64,000 nt of DNA from Eledone cirrhosa. Lineage: Eukaryota. Position numbers and translations under genes: made by a program. The DNA lies in assembly GCA_964016885.1 (NCBI GenBank), contig OZ024744.1:119226001-119290000 (forward strand), read 5' to 3'. Positions 1 through 15,000 of this stretch are shown here, one piece after another. Under the pieces are notes generated by a model. The model was not told the origin of the DNA and did no database searches. It saw nothing but the letters and a program-made list of their open reading frames with translations. The first letter of the stretch is position 1. Each line of letters starts with the position of its first letter.

Positions 1-3000
1 ACTAACATTATTACTGTGACAACTGACAAATGTTACTAACATTATTACTGTAACAACTGACTTGGTGTTACTAACATTATTACTGTGATAACTGACTAAT
101 GTTACTAACATTATTACTGTAACAACTGACTTGATGTTACTAACATTATTACTGTGACAACTGACTAATGTTACTAACATTATTACTGTAACAACTGACT
201 TGGTGTTACTAATATTATTACTGTGACAACTGACTAATGTTACTAACATTATTACTGTAACAACTGACTTGGTGTTACTAACATTATTACTGTGACAACT
301 GACTAATGGTACTAACATTATTACTGTAACAACTGACTTGGTGTTACTAACGTTATTACTGTAACAACTGACTTGGTGTTACTAACATTATTACTGTGAC
401 AACTGACTAATGTTACTAACATTATTACTGTAACAACTGACTTGGTGTTACTAACATTATTACTGTAACAACTGACTTGGTGTTACTAACATTATTACTT
501 TAACAACTGACTTGGTGTTACTAACATTATTACTGTAACAACTGACTTGGTGTTACTAACATTATTACTGTAACAACTGACTTGGTGTTACTAACATTAT
601 TACTGTAACAACTGACTTGGTGTTACTAACATTATTACTGTAACAACTTACTTGGTGTTACTAACATTATTACTGTAACAACTGACTTGGTGTTACTAAC
701 ATTATTACTGTAACAACTGACTTGGTGTTACTAACATTATTACTGTAACAACTGACTTGGTGTTACTAACATTATTACTGTAACAACTGACTTGGTGTTA
801 CTAACATTATTACTGTAACAACTGACTTGGTGTTACTAACATTATTACTGTAACAACTGACTTGGTGTTACTAACATTATTACTGTAACAACTGACTTGG
901 TGTTACTAACATTATTACTGTAACAACTGACTTGGTGTTACTAACATTATTACTGTAACAACTGACTTGGTGTTACTAACATTATTACTGTAACAACTGA
1001 CTAATGTTACTAACATTATTACTGTAACAACTGACTTGGTGTTACTAACATTATTACTGTAACAACTGACTAATGTTACTAACATTATTACTGTAACAAC
1101 TGACTTGGTGTTACTAACATTATTACTGTAACAAATGACTAATGTTACTAACATTATTACTGTAACAACTGACTAATGTTACTAACGTTATTACTGTAAC
1201 AACTGACTAGGTGTTACTAACATTATTACTGTAACAACTGACTTGGTGTTACTAACATTATTACTGTAACAGCTGACTAATGTTACTAACATTATTACTG
1301 TAACAACTGACTTGGTGTTACTAACATTATTACTGTAACAAATGACTAATGTTACTAACATTATTACTGTAACAACTGACTAATGTTACTAACATTATTA
1401 CTGTAACAACTGACTAATGGTACTAACATTATTACTGTAACAACTGACTTGGTGTTACTAACATTATTACTGTAACAACTGACTTGGTGTTACTAACATT
1501 ATTACTGTAACAACTGACTAATGTTACTAACATTATTACTGTAACAACTGACTAATGTTACTAACATTATTACTGTAACAATTGACTTGGTGTTACTAAC
1601 ATTATTACTGTAACAACTGACTTGGTGTTACTAACATTATCACTGTAACAACTGACTAATGGTACTAACATTATTACTGTAACAACTGACTAATGGTACT
1701 AACATTATTACTGTAACAACTGACTTGGTGTTACTAACGTTATTACTGTAACAACTGACTTGGTGTTACTAACATTATTACTGTGACAACTGACTAATGT
1801 TACTAACATTATTACTGTAACAACTGACTTGGTGTTACTAACATTATTACTGTGACAACTGACTAATGTTACTAACATTATTACTGTAACAACTGACTTG
1901 GTGTTACTAACATTATTACTGTGACAACTGACTAATGTTACTAACATTATTACTGTAACAACTGACTTGGTGTTACTAACATTATTACTGTGACAACTGA
2001 CTAATGTTACTAACATTATTACTGTAACAACTCACTAATGTTACTAACATTATTACTGTAACAATTGACTTGGTGTTACTAACATTATTACTGTAACAAC
2101 TGACTTGGTGTTACTAACATTATTACTGTAACAACTGACTTGGTGTTACTAACTTTATTACTGTAACAACTGACTTGGTGTTACTAACATTATTACTGTA
2201 ACAACTGGCTAATGGTACTAACATTATTACTGTAACAACTGACTAATGGTACTAACATTATTACTGTAACAACTGACTTGGTGTTACTAACGTTATTACT
2301 GTAACAACTGACTTGGTGTTACTAACATTATTACTGTGACAACTGACTAATGTTACTAACATTATTACTGTAACAACTGACTTGGTGTTACTTACATTAT
2401 TACTGTAACAACTGACTTGGTGTTACTAACATTATTACTGTAACAACTGACTTGGTGTTACTAACATTATTACTGTAACAACGGACTTGGTGTTACTAAC
2501 ATTATTACTGTAATAACTGACTTGGTGTTACTAACATTATTACTGTAACAACTGACTTGGCGTTACTAACATTATTACTGTAACAACTGACTTGGTGTTA
2601 CTAACATTATTACTGTAACAACTGACTTGGTGTTACTAACATTATTACTGTAACAACTGACGTGGTGTTACTAACATTATTACTGTAACAACTGACTTGG
2701 TGTTACTAACATTATTACTGTAACAACTGACTTGGTGTTACTAACATTATTACTGTAACAACTGACTTGGTGTTACTAACATTATTACTGTAACAACTGA
2801 CTTGGTGTTACTAACATTATTACTGTAACAACTGACTTGGTGTTACTAACATTATTACTGTAACAACTGACTTGGTGTTACTAACATTATTACTGTAACA
2901 ACTGACTAATGTTACTAACATTATTACTGTAACAACTGACTTGGTGTTACTAACATTATTACTGTAACAACTGACTAATGTTACTAACATTATTACTGTA

Positions 3001-6000
3001 ACAACTGACTTGGTGTTACTAACATTATTACTGTAACAAATGACTAATGTTACTAACATTATTACTGTAACAACTGACTAATGTTACTAACGTTATTACT
3101 GTAACAACTGACTAGGTGTTACTAACATTATTACTGTAACAACTGACTTGGTGTTACTAACATTATTACTGTAACAACTGACTAATGTTACTAACATTAT
3201 TACTGTAACAACTGACTTGGTGTTACTAACATTATTACTGTAACAAATGACTAATGTTACTAACATTATTACTGTAACAACTGACTAATGTTACTAACAT
3301 TATTACTGTAACAACTGACTTGGCGTTACTAACATTATTACTGTAACAACTGACTTGGTGTTACTAACATTATTACTGTAACAACTGACTTGGTGTTACT
3401 AACATTATTACTGTAACAACTGACTTGGTGTTACTAACATTATTACTGTAACAACTGACTTGGTGTTACTAACATTATTACTGTAACAACTGACTTGGTG
3501 TTACTAACATTATTACTGTAACAACTGACTTGGTGTTACTAACATTATTACTGTAACAACTGACTTGGTGTTACTAACATTATTACTGTAACAACTGACT
3601 TGGTGTTACTAACATTATTACTGTAACAACTGACTTGGTGTTACTAACATTATTACTGTAACAACTGACTTGGTGTTACTAACATTATTACTGTAACAAC
3701 TGACTAATGTTACTAACATTATTACTGTAACAACTGACTTGGTGTTACTAACATTATTACTGTAACAACTGACTAATGTTACTAACATTATTACTGTAAC
3801 AACTGACTTGGTGTTACTAACATTATTACTGTAACAAATGACTTGGTGTTACTAACATTATTACTGTAACAACTGACTAATGTTACTAACGTTATTACTG
3901 TAACAACTGACTAGGTGTTACTAACATTATTACTGTAACAACTGACTTGGTGTTACTAACATTATTACTGTAACAGCTGACTAATGTTACTAACATTATT
4001 ACTGTAACAACTGACTTGGTGTTACTAACATTATTACTGTAACAAATGACTAATGTTACTAACATTATTACTGTAACAACTGACTAATGTTACTAACATT
4101 ATTACTGTAACAACTGACTAATGGTACTAACATTATTACTGTAACAACTGACTTGGTGTTACTAACATTATTACTGTAACAACTGACTTGGTGTTACTAA
4201 CATTATTACTGTAACAACTGACTAATGTTACTAACATTATTACTGTAACAACTGACTAATGTTACTAACATTATTACTGTAACAATTGACTTGGTGTTAC
4301 TAACATTATTACTGTAACAACTGACTTGGTGTTACTAACATTATCACTGTAACAACTGACTAATGGTACTAACATTATTACTGTAACAACTGACTAATGG
4401 TACTAACATTATTACTGTAACAACTGACTTGGTGTTACTAACGTTATTACTGTAACAACTGACTTGGTGTTACTAACATTATTACTGTGACAACTGACTA
4501 ATGTTACTAACATTATTACTGTAACAACTGACTTGGTGTTACTAACATTATTACTGTGACAACTGACTAATGTTACTAACATTATTACTGTAACAACTGA
4601 CTTGGTGTTACTAACATTATTACTGTGACAACTGACAAATGTTACTAACATTATTACTGTAACAACTGACTTGGTGTTACTAACATTATTACTGTGACAA
4701 CTGACTAATGTTACTAACATTATTACTGTAACAACTGACTTGGTGTTACTAACATTATTACTGTAACAACTGACTTGGTGTTACTAACATTATTAATGTA
4801 ACAACTGGCTAATGTTACTAACATTATTACTGTAACAACTGACTTGGTGTTACTAACATTATTACTGTAACAACTGACTAATGTTACTAACGTTATTACT
4901 GTAACAACTGACTAGGTGTTACTAACATTATTACTGTAACAACTGACTTGGTGTTACTAACATTATTACTGTAACAACTGACTAATGTTACTAACATTAT
5001 TACTGTAACAACTGACTTGGCGTTACTAACATTATTACTGTAACAAATGACTAATGTTACTAACATTATTACTGTAACAACTGACTAATGTTACTAACAT
5101 TATTACTGTAACAACTGACTAATGGTACTAACATTATTACTGTAACAACTGACTTGGTGTTACTAACATTATTACTGTAACAACTGACTTGGTGTTACTA
5201 ACATTATTACTGTAACAACTGACTAATGTTACTAACATTATTACTGTAACAACTCACTAATTTTACTAACATTATTACTGTAACAATTGACTTGGTGTTA
5301 CTAACATTATTACTGTAACAACTGACTTGGTGTTACTAACATTATTACTGTAACAACTGACTTGGTGTTACTAACTTTATTACTGTAACAACTGACTTGG
5401 TGTTACTAACATTATTACTGTAACAACTGACTTGGCGTTACTAACATTATTACTGTAACAACTGACTTGGTGTTACTAACATTATTACTGTAACAACTGA
5501 CTTGGTGTTACTAACATTATTACTGTAACAACTGACTTGGTGTTACTAACATTATTACTGTAACAACTGACTTGGTGTTACTAACATTATTACTGTAACA
5601 ACTGACTTGGTGTTACTAACATTATTACTGTAACAACTGACTTGGTGTTACTAACATTATTACTGTAACAACTGACTTGGTGTTACTAACATTATTACTG
5701 TAACAACTGACTTGGTGTTACTAACATTATTACTGTAACAACTGACTTGGTGTTACTAACATTATTACTGTAACAACTGACTAATGTTACTAACATTATT
5801 ACTGTAACAACTGACTTGGTGTTACTAACATTATTACTGTAACAACTGACTAATGTTACTAACATTATTACTGTAACAACTGACTTGGTGTTACTAACAT
5901 TATTACTGTAACAAATGACTAATGTTACTAACATTATTACTGTAACAACTGACTAATGTTACTAACGTTATTACTGTAACAACTGACTAGGTGTTACTAA

Positions 6001-9000
6001 CATTATTACTGTAACAACTGACTAATGTTACTAACATTATTACTGTAACAACTGACTTGGTGTTACTAACATTATTACTGTAACAAATGACTAATGTTAC
6101 TAACATTATTACTGTAACAACTGACTAATGTTACTAACATTATTACTGTAACAACTGACTAATGGTACTAACATTATTACTGTAACAACTGACTTGGTGT
6201 TACTAACATTATTACTGTAACAACTGACTTGGTGTTACTAACATTATTACTGTAACAACTGACTAATGTTACTAACATTATTACTGTAACAACTGACTAA
6301 TGTTACTAACATTATTACTGTAACAATTGACTTGGTGTTACTAACATTATTACTGTAACAACTGACTTGGTGTTACTAACATTATCACTGTAACAACTGA
6401 CTAATGGTACTAACATTATTACTGTAACAACTGACTAATGGTACTAACATTATTACTGTAACAACTGACTTGGTGTTACTAACGTTATTACTGTAACAAC
6501 TGACTTGGTGTTACTAACATTATTACTGTGACAACTGACTAATGTTACTAACATTATTACTGTAACAACTGACTTGGTGTTACTAACATTATTACTGTGA
6601 CAACTGACTAATGTTACTAACATTATTACTGTAACAACTGACTTGGTGTTACTAACATTATTACTGTGACAACTGACAAATGTTACTAACATTATTACTG
6701 TAACAACTGACTTGGTGTTACTAACATTATTACTGTGATAACTGACTAATGTTACTAACATTATTACTGTAACAACTGACTTGATGTTACTAACATTATT
6801 ACTGTGACAACTGACTAATGTTACTAACATTATTACTGTAACAACTGACTTGGTGTTACTAATATTATTACTGTGACAACTGACTAATGTTACTAACATT
6901 ATTACTGTAACAACTGACTTGGTGTTACTAACATTATTACTGTGACAACTGACTAATGGTACTAACATTATTACTGTAACAACTGACTTGGTGTTACTAA
7001 CGTTATTACTGTAACAACTGACTTGGTGTTACTAACATTATTACTGTGACAACTGACTAATGTTACTAACATTATTACTGTAACAACTGACTTGGTGTTA
7101 CTAACATTATTACTGTAACAACTGACTTGGTGTTACTAACATTATTACTTTAACAACTGACTTGGTGTTACTAACATTATTACTGTAACAACTGACTTGG
7201 TGTTACTAACATTATTACTGTAACAACTGACTTGGTGTTACTAACATTATTACTGTAACAACTGACTTGGTGTTACTAACATTATTACTGTAACAACTTA
7301 CTTGGTGTTACTAACATTATTACTGTAACAACTGACTTGGTGTTACTAACATTATTACTGTAACAACTGACTTGGTGTTACTAACATTATTACTGTAACA
7401 ACTGACTTGGTGTTACTAACATTATTACTGTAACAACTGACTTGGTGTTACTAACATTATTACTGTAACAACTGACTTGGTGTTACTAACATTATTACTG
7501 TAACAACTGACTTGGTGTTACTAACATTATTACTGTAACAACTGACTTGGTGTTACTAACATTATTACTGTAACAACTGACTTGGTGTTACTAACATTAT
7601 TACTGTAACAACTGACTTGGTGTTACTAACATTATTACTGTAACAACTGACTAATGTTACTAACATTATTACTGTAACAACTGACTTGGTGTTACTAACA
7701 TTATTACTGTAACAACTGACTAATGTTACTAACATTATTACTGTAACAACTGACTTGGTGTTACTAACATTATTACTGTAACAAATGACTAATGTTACTA
7801 ACATTATTACTGTAACAACTGACTAATGTTACTAACGTTATTACTGTAACAACTGACTAGGTGTTACTAACATTATTACTGTAACAACTGACTTGGTGTT
7901 ACTAACATTATTACTGTAACAGCTGACTAATGTTACTAACATTATTACTGTAACAACTGACTTGGTGTTACTAACATTATTACTGTAACAAATGACTAAT
8001 GTTACTAACATTATTACTGTAACAACTGACTAATGTTACTAACATTATTACTGTAACAACTGACTAATGGTACTAACATTATTACTGTAACAACTGACTT
8101 GGTGTTACTAACATTATTACTGTAACAACTGACTTGGTGTTACTAACATTATTACTGTAACAACTGACTAATGTTACTAACATTATTACTGTAACAACTG
8201 ACTAATGTTACTAACATTATTACTGTAACAATTGACTTGGTGTTACTAACATTATTACTGTAACAACTGACTTGGTGTTACTAACATTATCACTGTAACA
8301 ACTGACTAATGGTACTAACATTATTACTGTAACAACTGACTAATGGTACTAACATTATTACTGTAACAACTGACTTGGTGTTACTAACGTTATTACTGTA
8401 ACAACTGACTTGGTGTTACTAACATTATTACTGTGACAACTGACTAATGTTACTAACATTATTACTGTAACAACTGACTTGGTGTTACTAACATTATTAC
8501 TGTGACAACTGACTAATGTTACTAACATTATTACTGTAACAACTGACTTGGTGTTACTAACATTATTACTGTGACAACTGACAAATGTTACTAACATTAT
8601 TACTGTAACAACTGACTTGGTGTTACTAACATTATTACTGTGACAACTGACTAATGTTACTAACATTATTACTGTAACAACTGACTTGGTGTTACTAACA
8701 TTATTACTGTAACAACTGACTTGGTGTTACTAACATTATTAATGTAACAACTGGCTAATGTTACTAACATTATTACTGTAACAACTGACTTGGTGTTACT
8801 AATATTATTACTGTAACAACTGACTAATGTTACTAACGTTATTACTGTAACAACTGACTAGGTGTTACTAACATTATTACTGTAACAACTGACTTGGTGT
8901 TACTAACATTATTACTGTAACAACTGACTAATGTTACTAACATTATTACTGTAACAACTGACTTGGCGTTACTAACATTATTACTGTAACAAATGACTAA

Positions 9001-12000
9001 TGTTACTAACATTATTACTGTAACAACTGACTAATGTTACTAACATTATTACTGTAACAACTGACTAATGGTACTAACATTATTACTGTAACAACTGACT
9101 TGGTGTTACTAACATTATTACTGTAACAACTGACTTGGTGTTACTAACATTATTACTGTAACAACTGACTAATGTTACTAACATTATTACTGTAACAACT
9201 CACTAATGTTACTAACATTATTACTGTAACAATTGACTTGGTGTTACTAACATTATTACTGTAACAACTGACTAATGTTACTAACATTATTACTGTAACA
9301 ACTGACTAATGTTACTAACATTATTACTGTAACAATTGACTTGGTGTTACTAACATTATTACTGTAACAACTGACTTGGTGTTACTAACATTATCACTGT
9401 AACAACTGACTAATGGTACTAACATTATTACTGTAACAACTGACTAATGGTACTAACATTATTACTGTAACAACTGACTTGGTGTTACTAACGTTATTAC
9501 TGTAACAACTGACTTGGTGTTACTAACATTATTACTGTGACAACTGACTAATGTTACTAACATTATTACTGTAACAACTGACTTGGTGTTACTAACATTA
9601 TTACTGTGACAACTGACTAATGTTACTAACATTATTACTGTAACAACTGACTTGGTGTTACTAACATTATTACTGTGACAACTGACAAATGTTACTAACA
9701 TTATTACTGTAACAACTGACTTGGTGTTACTAACATTATTACTGTGACAACTGACTAATGTTACTAACATTATTACTGTAACAACTGACTTGGTGTTACT
9801 AACATTATTACTGTAACAACTGACTTGGTGTTACTAACATTATTAATGTAACAACTGGATAATGTTACTAACATTATTACTGTAACAACTGACTTGGTGT
9901 TACTAATATTATTACTGTAACAACTGACTAATGTTACTAACGTTATTACTGTAACAACTGACTAGGTGTTACTAACATTATTACTGTAACAACTGACTTG
10001 GTGTTACTAACATTATTACTGTAACAACTGACTAATGTTACTAACATTATTACTGTAACAACTGACTTGGCGTTACTAACATTATTACTGTAACAAATGA
10101 CTAATGTTACTAACATTATTACTGTAACAACTGACTAATGTTACTAACATTATTACTGTAACAACTGACTAATGGTACTAACATTATTACTGTAACAACT
10201 GACTTGGTGTTACTAACATTATTACTGTAACAACTGACTTGGTGTTACTAACATTATTACTGTAACAACTGACTTGGTGTTACTAACATTATTACTGTAA
10301 CAACTGACTTGGTGTTACTAACATTATTACTGTAACAACTGACTTGGTGTTACTAACATTATTACTGTAACAACTGACTAATGTTACTAACATTATTACT
10401 GTAACAACTGACTTGGTGTTACTAACATTATTACTGTAACAACTGACTAATGTTACTAACATTATTACTGTAACAACTGACTTGGTGTTACTAACATTAT
10501 TACTGTAACAAATGACTAATGTTACTAACGTTATTACTGTAACAACTGACTAGGTGTTACTAACATTATTACTGTAACAACTGACTAATGTTACTAACAT
10601 TATTACTGTAACAACTGACTTGGTGTTACTAACATTATTACTGTAACAAATGACTAATGTTACTAACATTATTACTGTAACAACTGACTAATGTTACTAA
10701 CATTATTACTGTAACAACTGACTAATGGTACTAACATTATTACTGTAACAACTGACTTGGTGTTACTAACATTATTACTGTAACAACTGACTTGGTGTTA
10801 CTAACATTATTACTGTAACAACTGACTAATGTTACTAACATTATTACTGTAACAACTGACTAATGTTACTAACATTATTACTGTAACAATTGACTTGGTG
10901 TTACTAACATTATTACTGTAACAACTGACTTGGTGTTACTAACATTATCACTGTAACAACTGACTAATGGTACTAACATTATTACTGTAACAACTGACTA
11001 ATGGTACTAACATTATTACTGTAACAACTGACTTGGTGTTACTAACGTTATTACTGTAACAACTGACTTGGTGTTACTAACATTATTACTGTGACAACTG
11101 ACTAATGTTACTAACATTATTACTGTAACAACTGACTTGGTGTTACTAACATTATTACTGTGACAACTGACTAATGTTACTAACATTATTACTGTAACAA
11201 CTGACTTGGTGTTACTAACATTATTACTGTGACAACTGACAAATGTTACTAACATTATTACTGTAACAACTGACTTGGTGTTACTAACATTATTACTGTG
11301 ATAACTGACTAATGTTACTAACATTATTACTGTAACAACTGACTTGATGTTACTAACATTATTACCGTGACAACTGACTAATGTTACTAACATTATTACT
11401 GTAACAACTGACTTGGTGTTACTAATATTATTACTGTGACAACTGACTAATGTTACTAACATTATTACTGTAACAACTGACTTGGTGTTACTAACATTAT
11501 TACTGTGACAACTGACTAATGGTACTAACATTATTACTGTAACAACTGACTTGGTGTTACTAACGTTATTACTGTAACAACTGACTTGGTGTTACTAACA
11601 TTATTACTGTGACAACTGACTAATGTTACTAACATTATTACTGTAACAACTGACTTGGTGTTACTAACATTATTACTGTAACAACTGACTTGGTGTTACT
11701 AACATTATTACTTTAACAACTGACTTGGTGTTACTAACATTATTACTGTAACAACTGACTTGGTGTTACTAACATTATTACTGTAACAACTGACTTGGTG
11801 TTACTAACATTATTACTGTAACAACTGACTTGGTGTTACTAACATTATTACTGTAACAACTTACTTGGTGTTACTAACATTATTACTGTAACAACTGACT
11901 TGGTGTTACTAACATTATTACTGTAACAACTGACTTGGTGTTACTAACATTATTACTGTAACAACTGACTTGGTGTTACTAACATTATTACTGTAACAAC

Positions 12001-15000
12001 TGACTTGGTGTTACTAACATTATTACTGTAACAACTGACTTGGTGTTACTAACATTATTACTGTAACAACTGACTTGGTGTTACTAACATTATTACTGTA
12101 ACAACTGACTTGGTGTTACTAACATTATTACTGTAACAACTGACTTGGTGTTACTAACATTATTACTGTAACAACTGACTTGGTGTTACTAACATTATTA
12201 CTGTAACAACTGACTAATGTTACTAACATTATTACTGTAACAACTGACTTGGTGTTACTAACATTATTACTGTAACAACTGACTAATGTTACTAACATTA
12301 TTACTGTAACAACTGACTTGGTGTTACTAACATTATTACTGTAACAAATGACTAATGTTACTAACATTATTACTGTAACAACTGACTAATGTTACTAACG
12401 TTATTACTGTAACAACTGACTAGGTGTTACTAACATTATTACTGTAACAACTGACTTGGTGTTACTAACATTATTACTGTAACAGCTGACTAATGTTACT
12501 AACATTATTACTGTAACAACTGACTTGGTGTTACTAACATTATTACTGTAACAAATGACTAATGTTACTAACATTATTACTGTAACAACTGACTAATGTT
12601 ACTAACATTATTACTGTAACAACTGACTAATGGTACTAACATTATTACTGTAACAACTGACTTGGTGTTACTAACATTATTACTGTAACAACTGACTTGG
12701 TGTTACTAACATTATTACTGTAACAACTGACTAATGTTACTAACATTATTACTGTAACAACTGACTAATGTTACTAACATTATTACTGTAACAATTGACT
12801 TGGTGTTACTAACATTATTACTGTAACAACTGACTTGGTGTTACTAACATTATCACTGTAACAACTGACTAATGGTACTAACATTATTACTGTAACAACT
12901 GACTAATGGTACTAACATTATTACTGTAACAACTGACTTGGTGTTACTAACGTTATTACTGTAACAACTGACTTGGTGTTACTAACATTATTACTGTGAC
13001 AACTGACTAATGTTACTAACATTATTACTGTAACAACTGACTTGGTGTTACTAACATTATTACTGTGACAACTGACTAATGTTACTAACATTATTACTGT
13101 AACAACTGACTTGGTGTTACTAACATTATTACTGTGACAACTGACAAATGTTACTAACATTATTACTGTAACAACTGACTTGGTGTTACTAACATTATTA
13201 CTGTGACAACTGACTAATGTTACTAACATTATTACTGTAACAACTGACTTGGTGTTACTAACATTATTACTGTAACAACTGACTTGGTGTTACTAACATT
13301 ATTAATGTAACAACTGGCTAATGTTACTAACATTATTACTGTAACAACTGACTTGGTGTTACTAATATTATTACTGTAACAACTGACTAATGTTACTAAC
13401 GTTATTACTGTAACAACTGACTAGGTGTTACTAACATTATTACTGTAACAACTGACTTGGTGTTACTAACATTATTACTGTAACAACTGACTAATGTTAC
13501 TAACATTATTACTGTAACAACTGACTTGGCGTTACTAACATTATTACTGTAACAAATGACTAATGTTACTAACATTATTACTGTAACAACTGACTAATGT
13601 TACTAACATTATTACTGTAACAACTGACTAATGGTACTAACATTATTACTGTAACAACTGACTTGGTGTTACTAACATTATTACTGTAACAACTGACTTG
13701 GTGTTACTAACATTATTACTGTAACAACTGACTAATGTTACTAACATTATTACTGTAACAACTCACTAATGTTACTAACATTATTACTGTAACAATTGAC
13801 TTGGTGTTACTAACATTATTACTGTAACAACTGACTTGGTGTTACTAACATTATTACTGTAACAACTGACTTGGTGTTACTAACTTTATTACTGTAACAA
13901 CTGACTTGGTGTTACTAACATTATTACTGTAACAACTGACTAATGGTACTAACATTATTACTGTAACAACTGACTAATGGTACTAACATTATTACTGTAA
14001 CAACTGACTTGGTGTTACTAACGTTATTACTGTAACAACTGACTTGGTGTTACTAACATTATTACTGTGACAACTGACTAATGTTACTAACATTATTACT
14101 GTAACAACTGACTTGGTGTTACTTACATTATTACTGTAACAACTGACTTGGTGTTACTAACATTATTACTGTAACAACTGACTTGGTGTTACTAACATTA
14201 TTACTGTAACAACGGACTTGGTGTTACTAACATTATTACTGTAATAACTGACTTGGTGTTACTAACATTATTACTGTAACAACTGACTTGGCGTTACTAA
14301 CATTATTACTGTAACAACTGACTTGGTGTTACTAACATTATTACTGTAACAACTGACTTGGTGTTACTAACATTATTACTGTAACAACTGACTTGGTGTT
14401 ACTAACATTATTACTGTAACAACTGACTTGGTGTTACTAACATTATTACTGTAACAACTGACTTGGTGTTACTAACATTATTACTGTAACAACTGACTTG
14501 GTGTTACTAACATTATTACTGTAACAACTGACTTGGTGTTACTAACATTATTACTGTAACAACTGACTTGGTGTTACTAACATTATTACTGTAACAACTG
14601 ACTTGGTGTTACTAACATTATTACTGTAACAACTGACTTGGTGTTACTAACATTATTACTGTAACAACTGACTAATGTTACTAACATTATTACTGTAACA
14701 ACTGACTTGGTGTTACTAACATTATTACTGTAACAACTGACTAATGTTACTAACATTATTACTGTAACAACTGACTTGGTGTTACTAACATTATTACTGT
14801 AACAAATGACTAATGTTACTAACATTATTACTGTAACAACTGACTAATGTTACTAACGTTATTACTGTAACAACTGACTAGGTGTTACTAACATTATTAC
14901 TGTAACAACTGACTAATGTTACTAACATTATTACTGTAACAACTGACTTGGTGTTACTAACATTATTACTGTAACAAATGACTAATGTTACTAACATTAT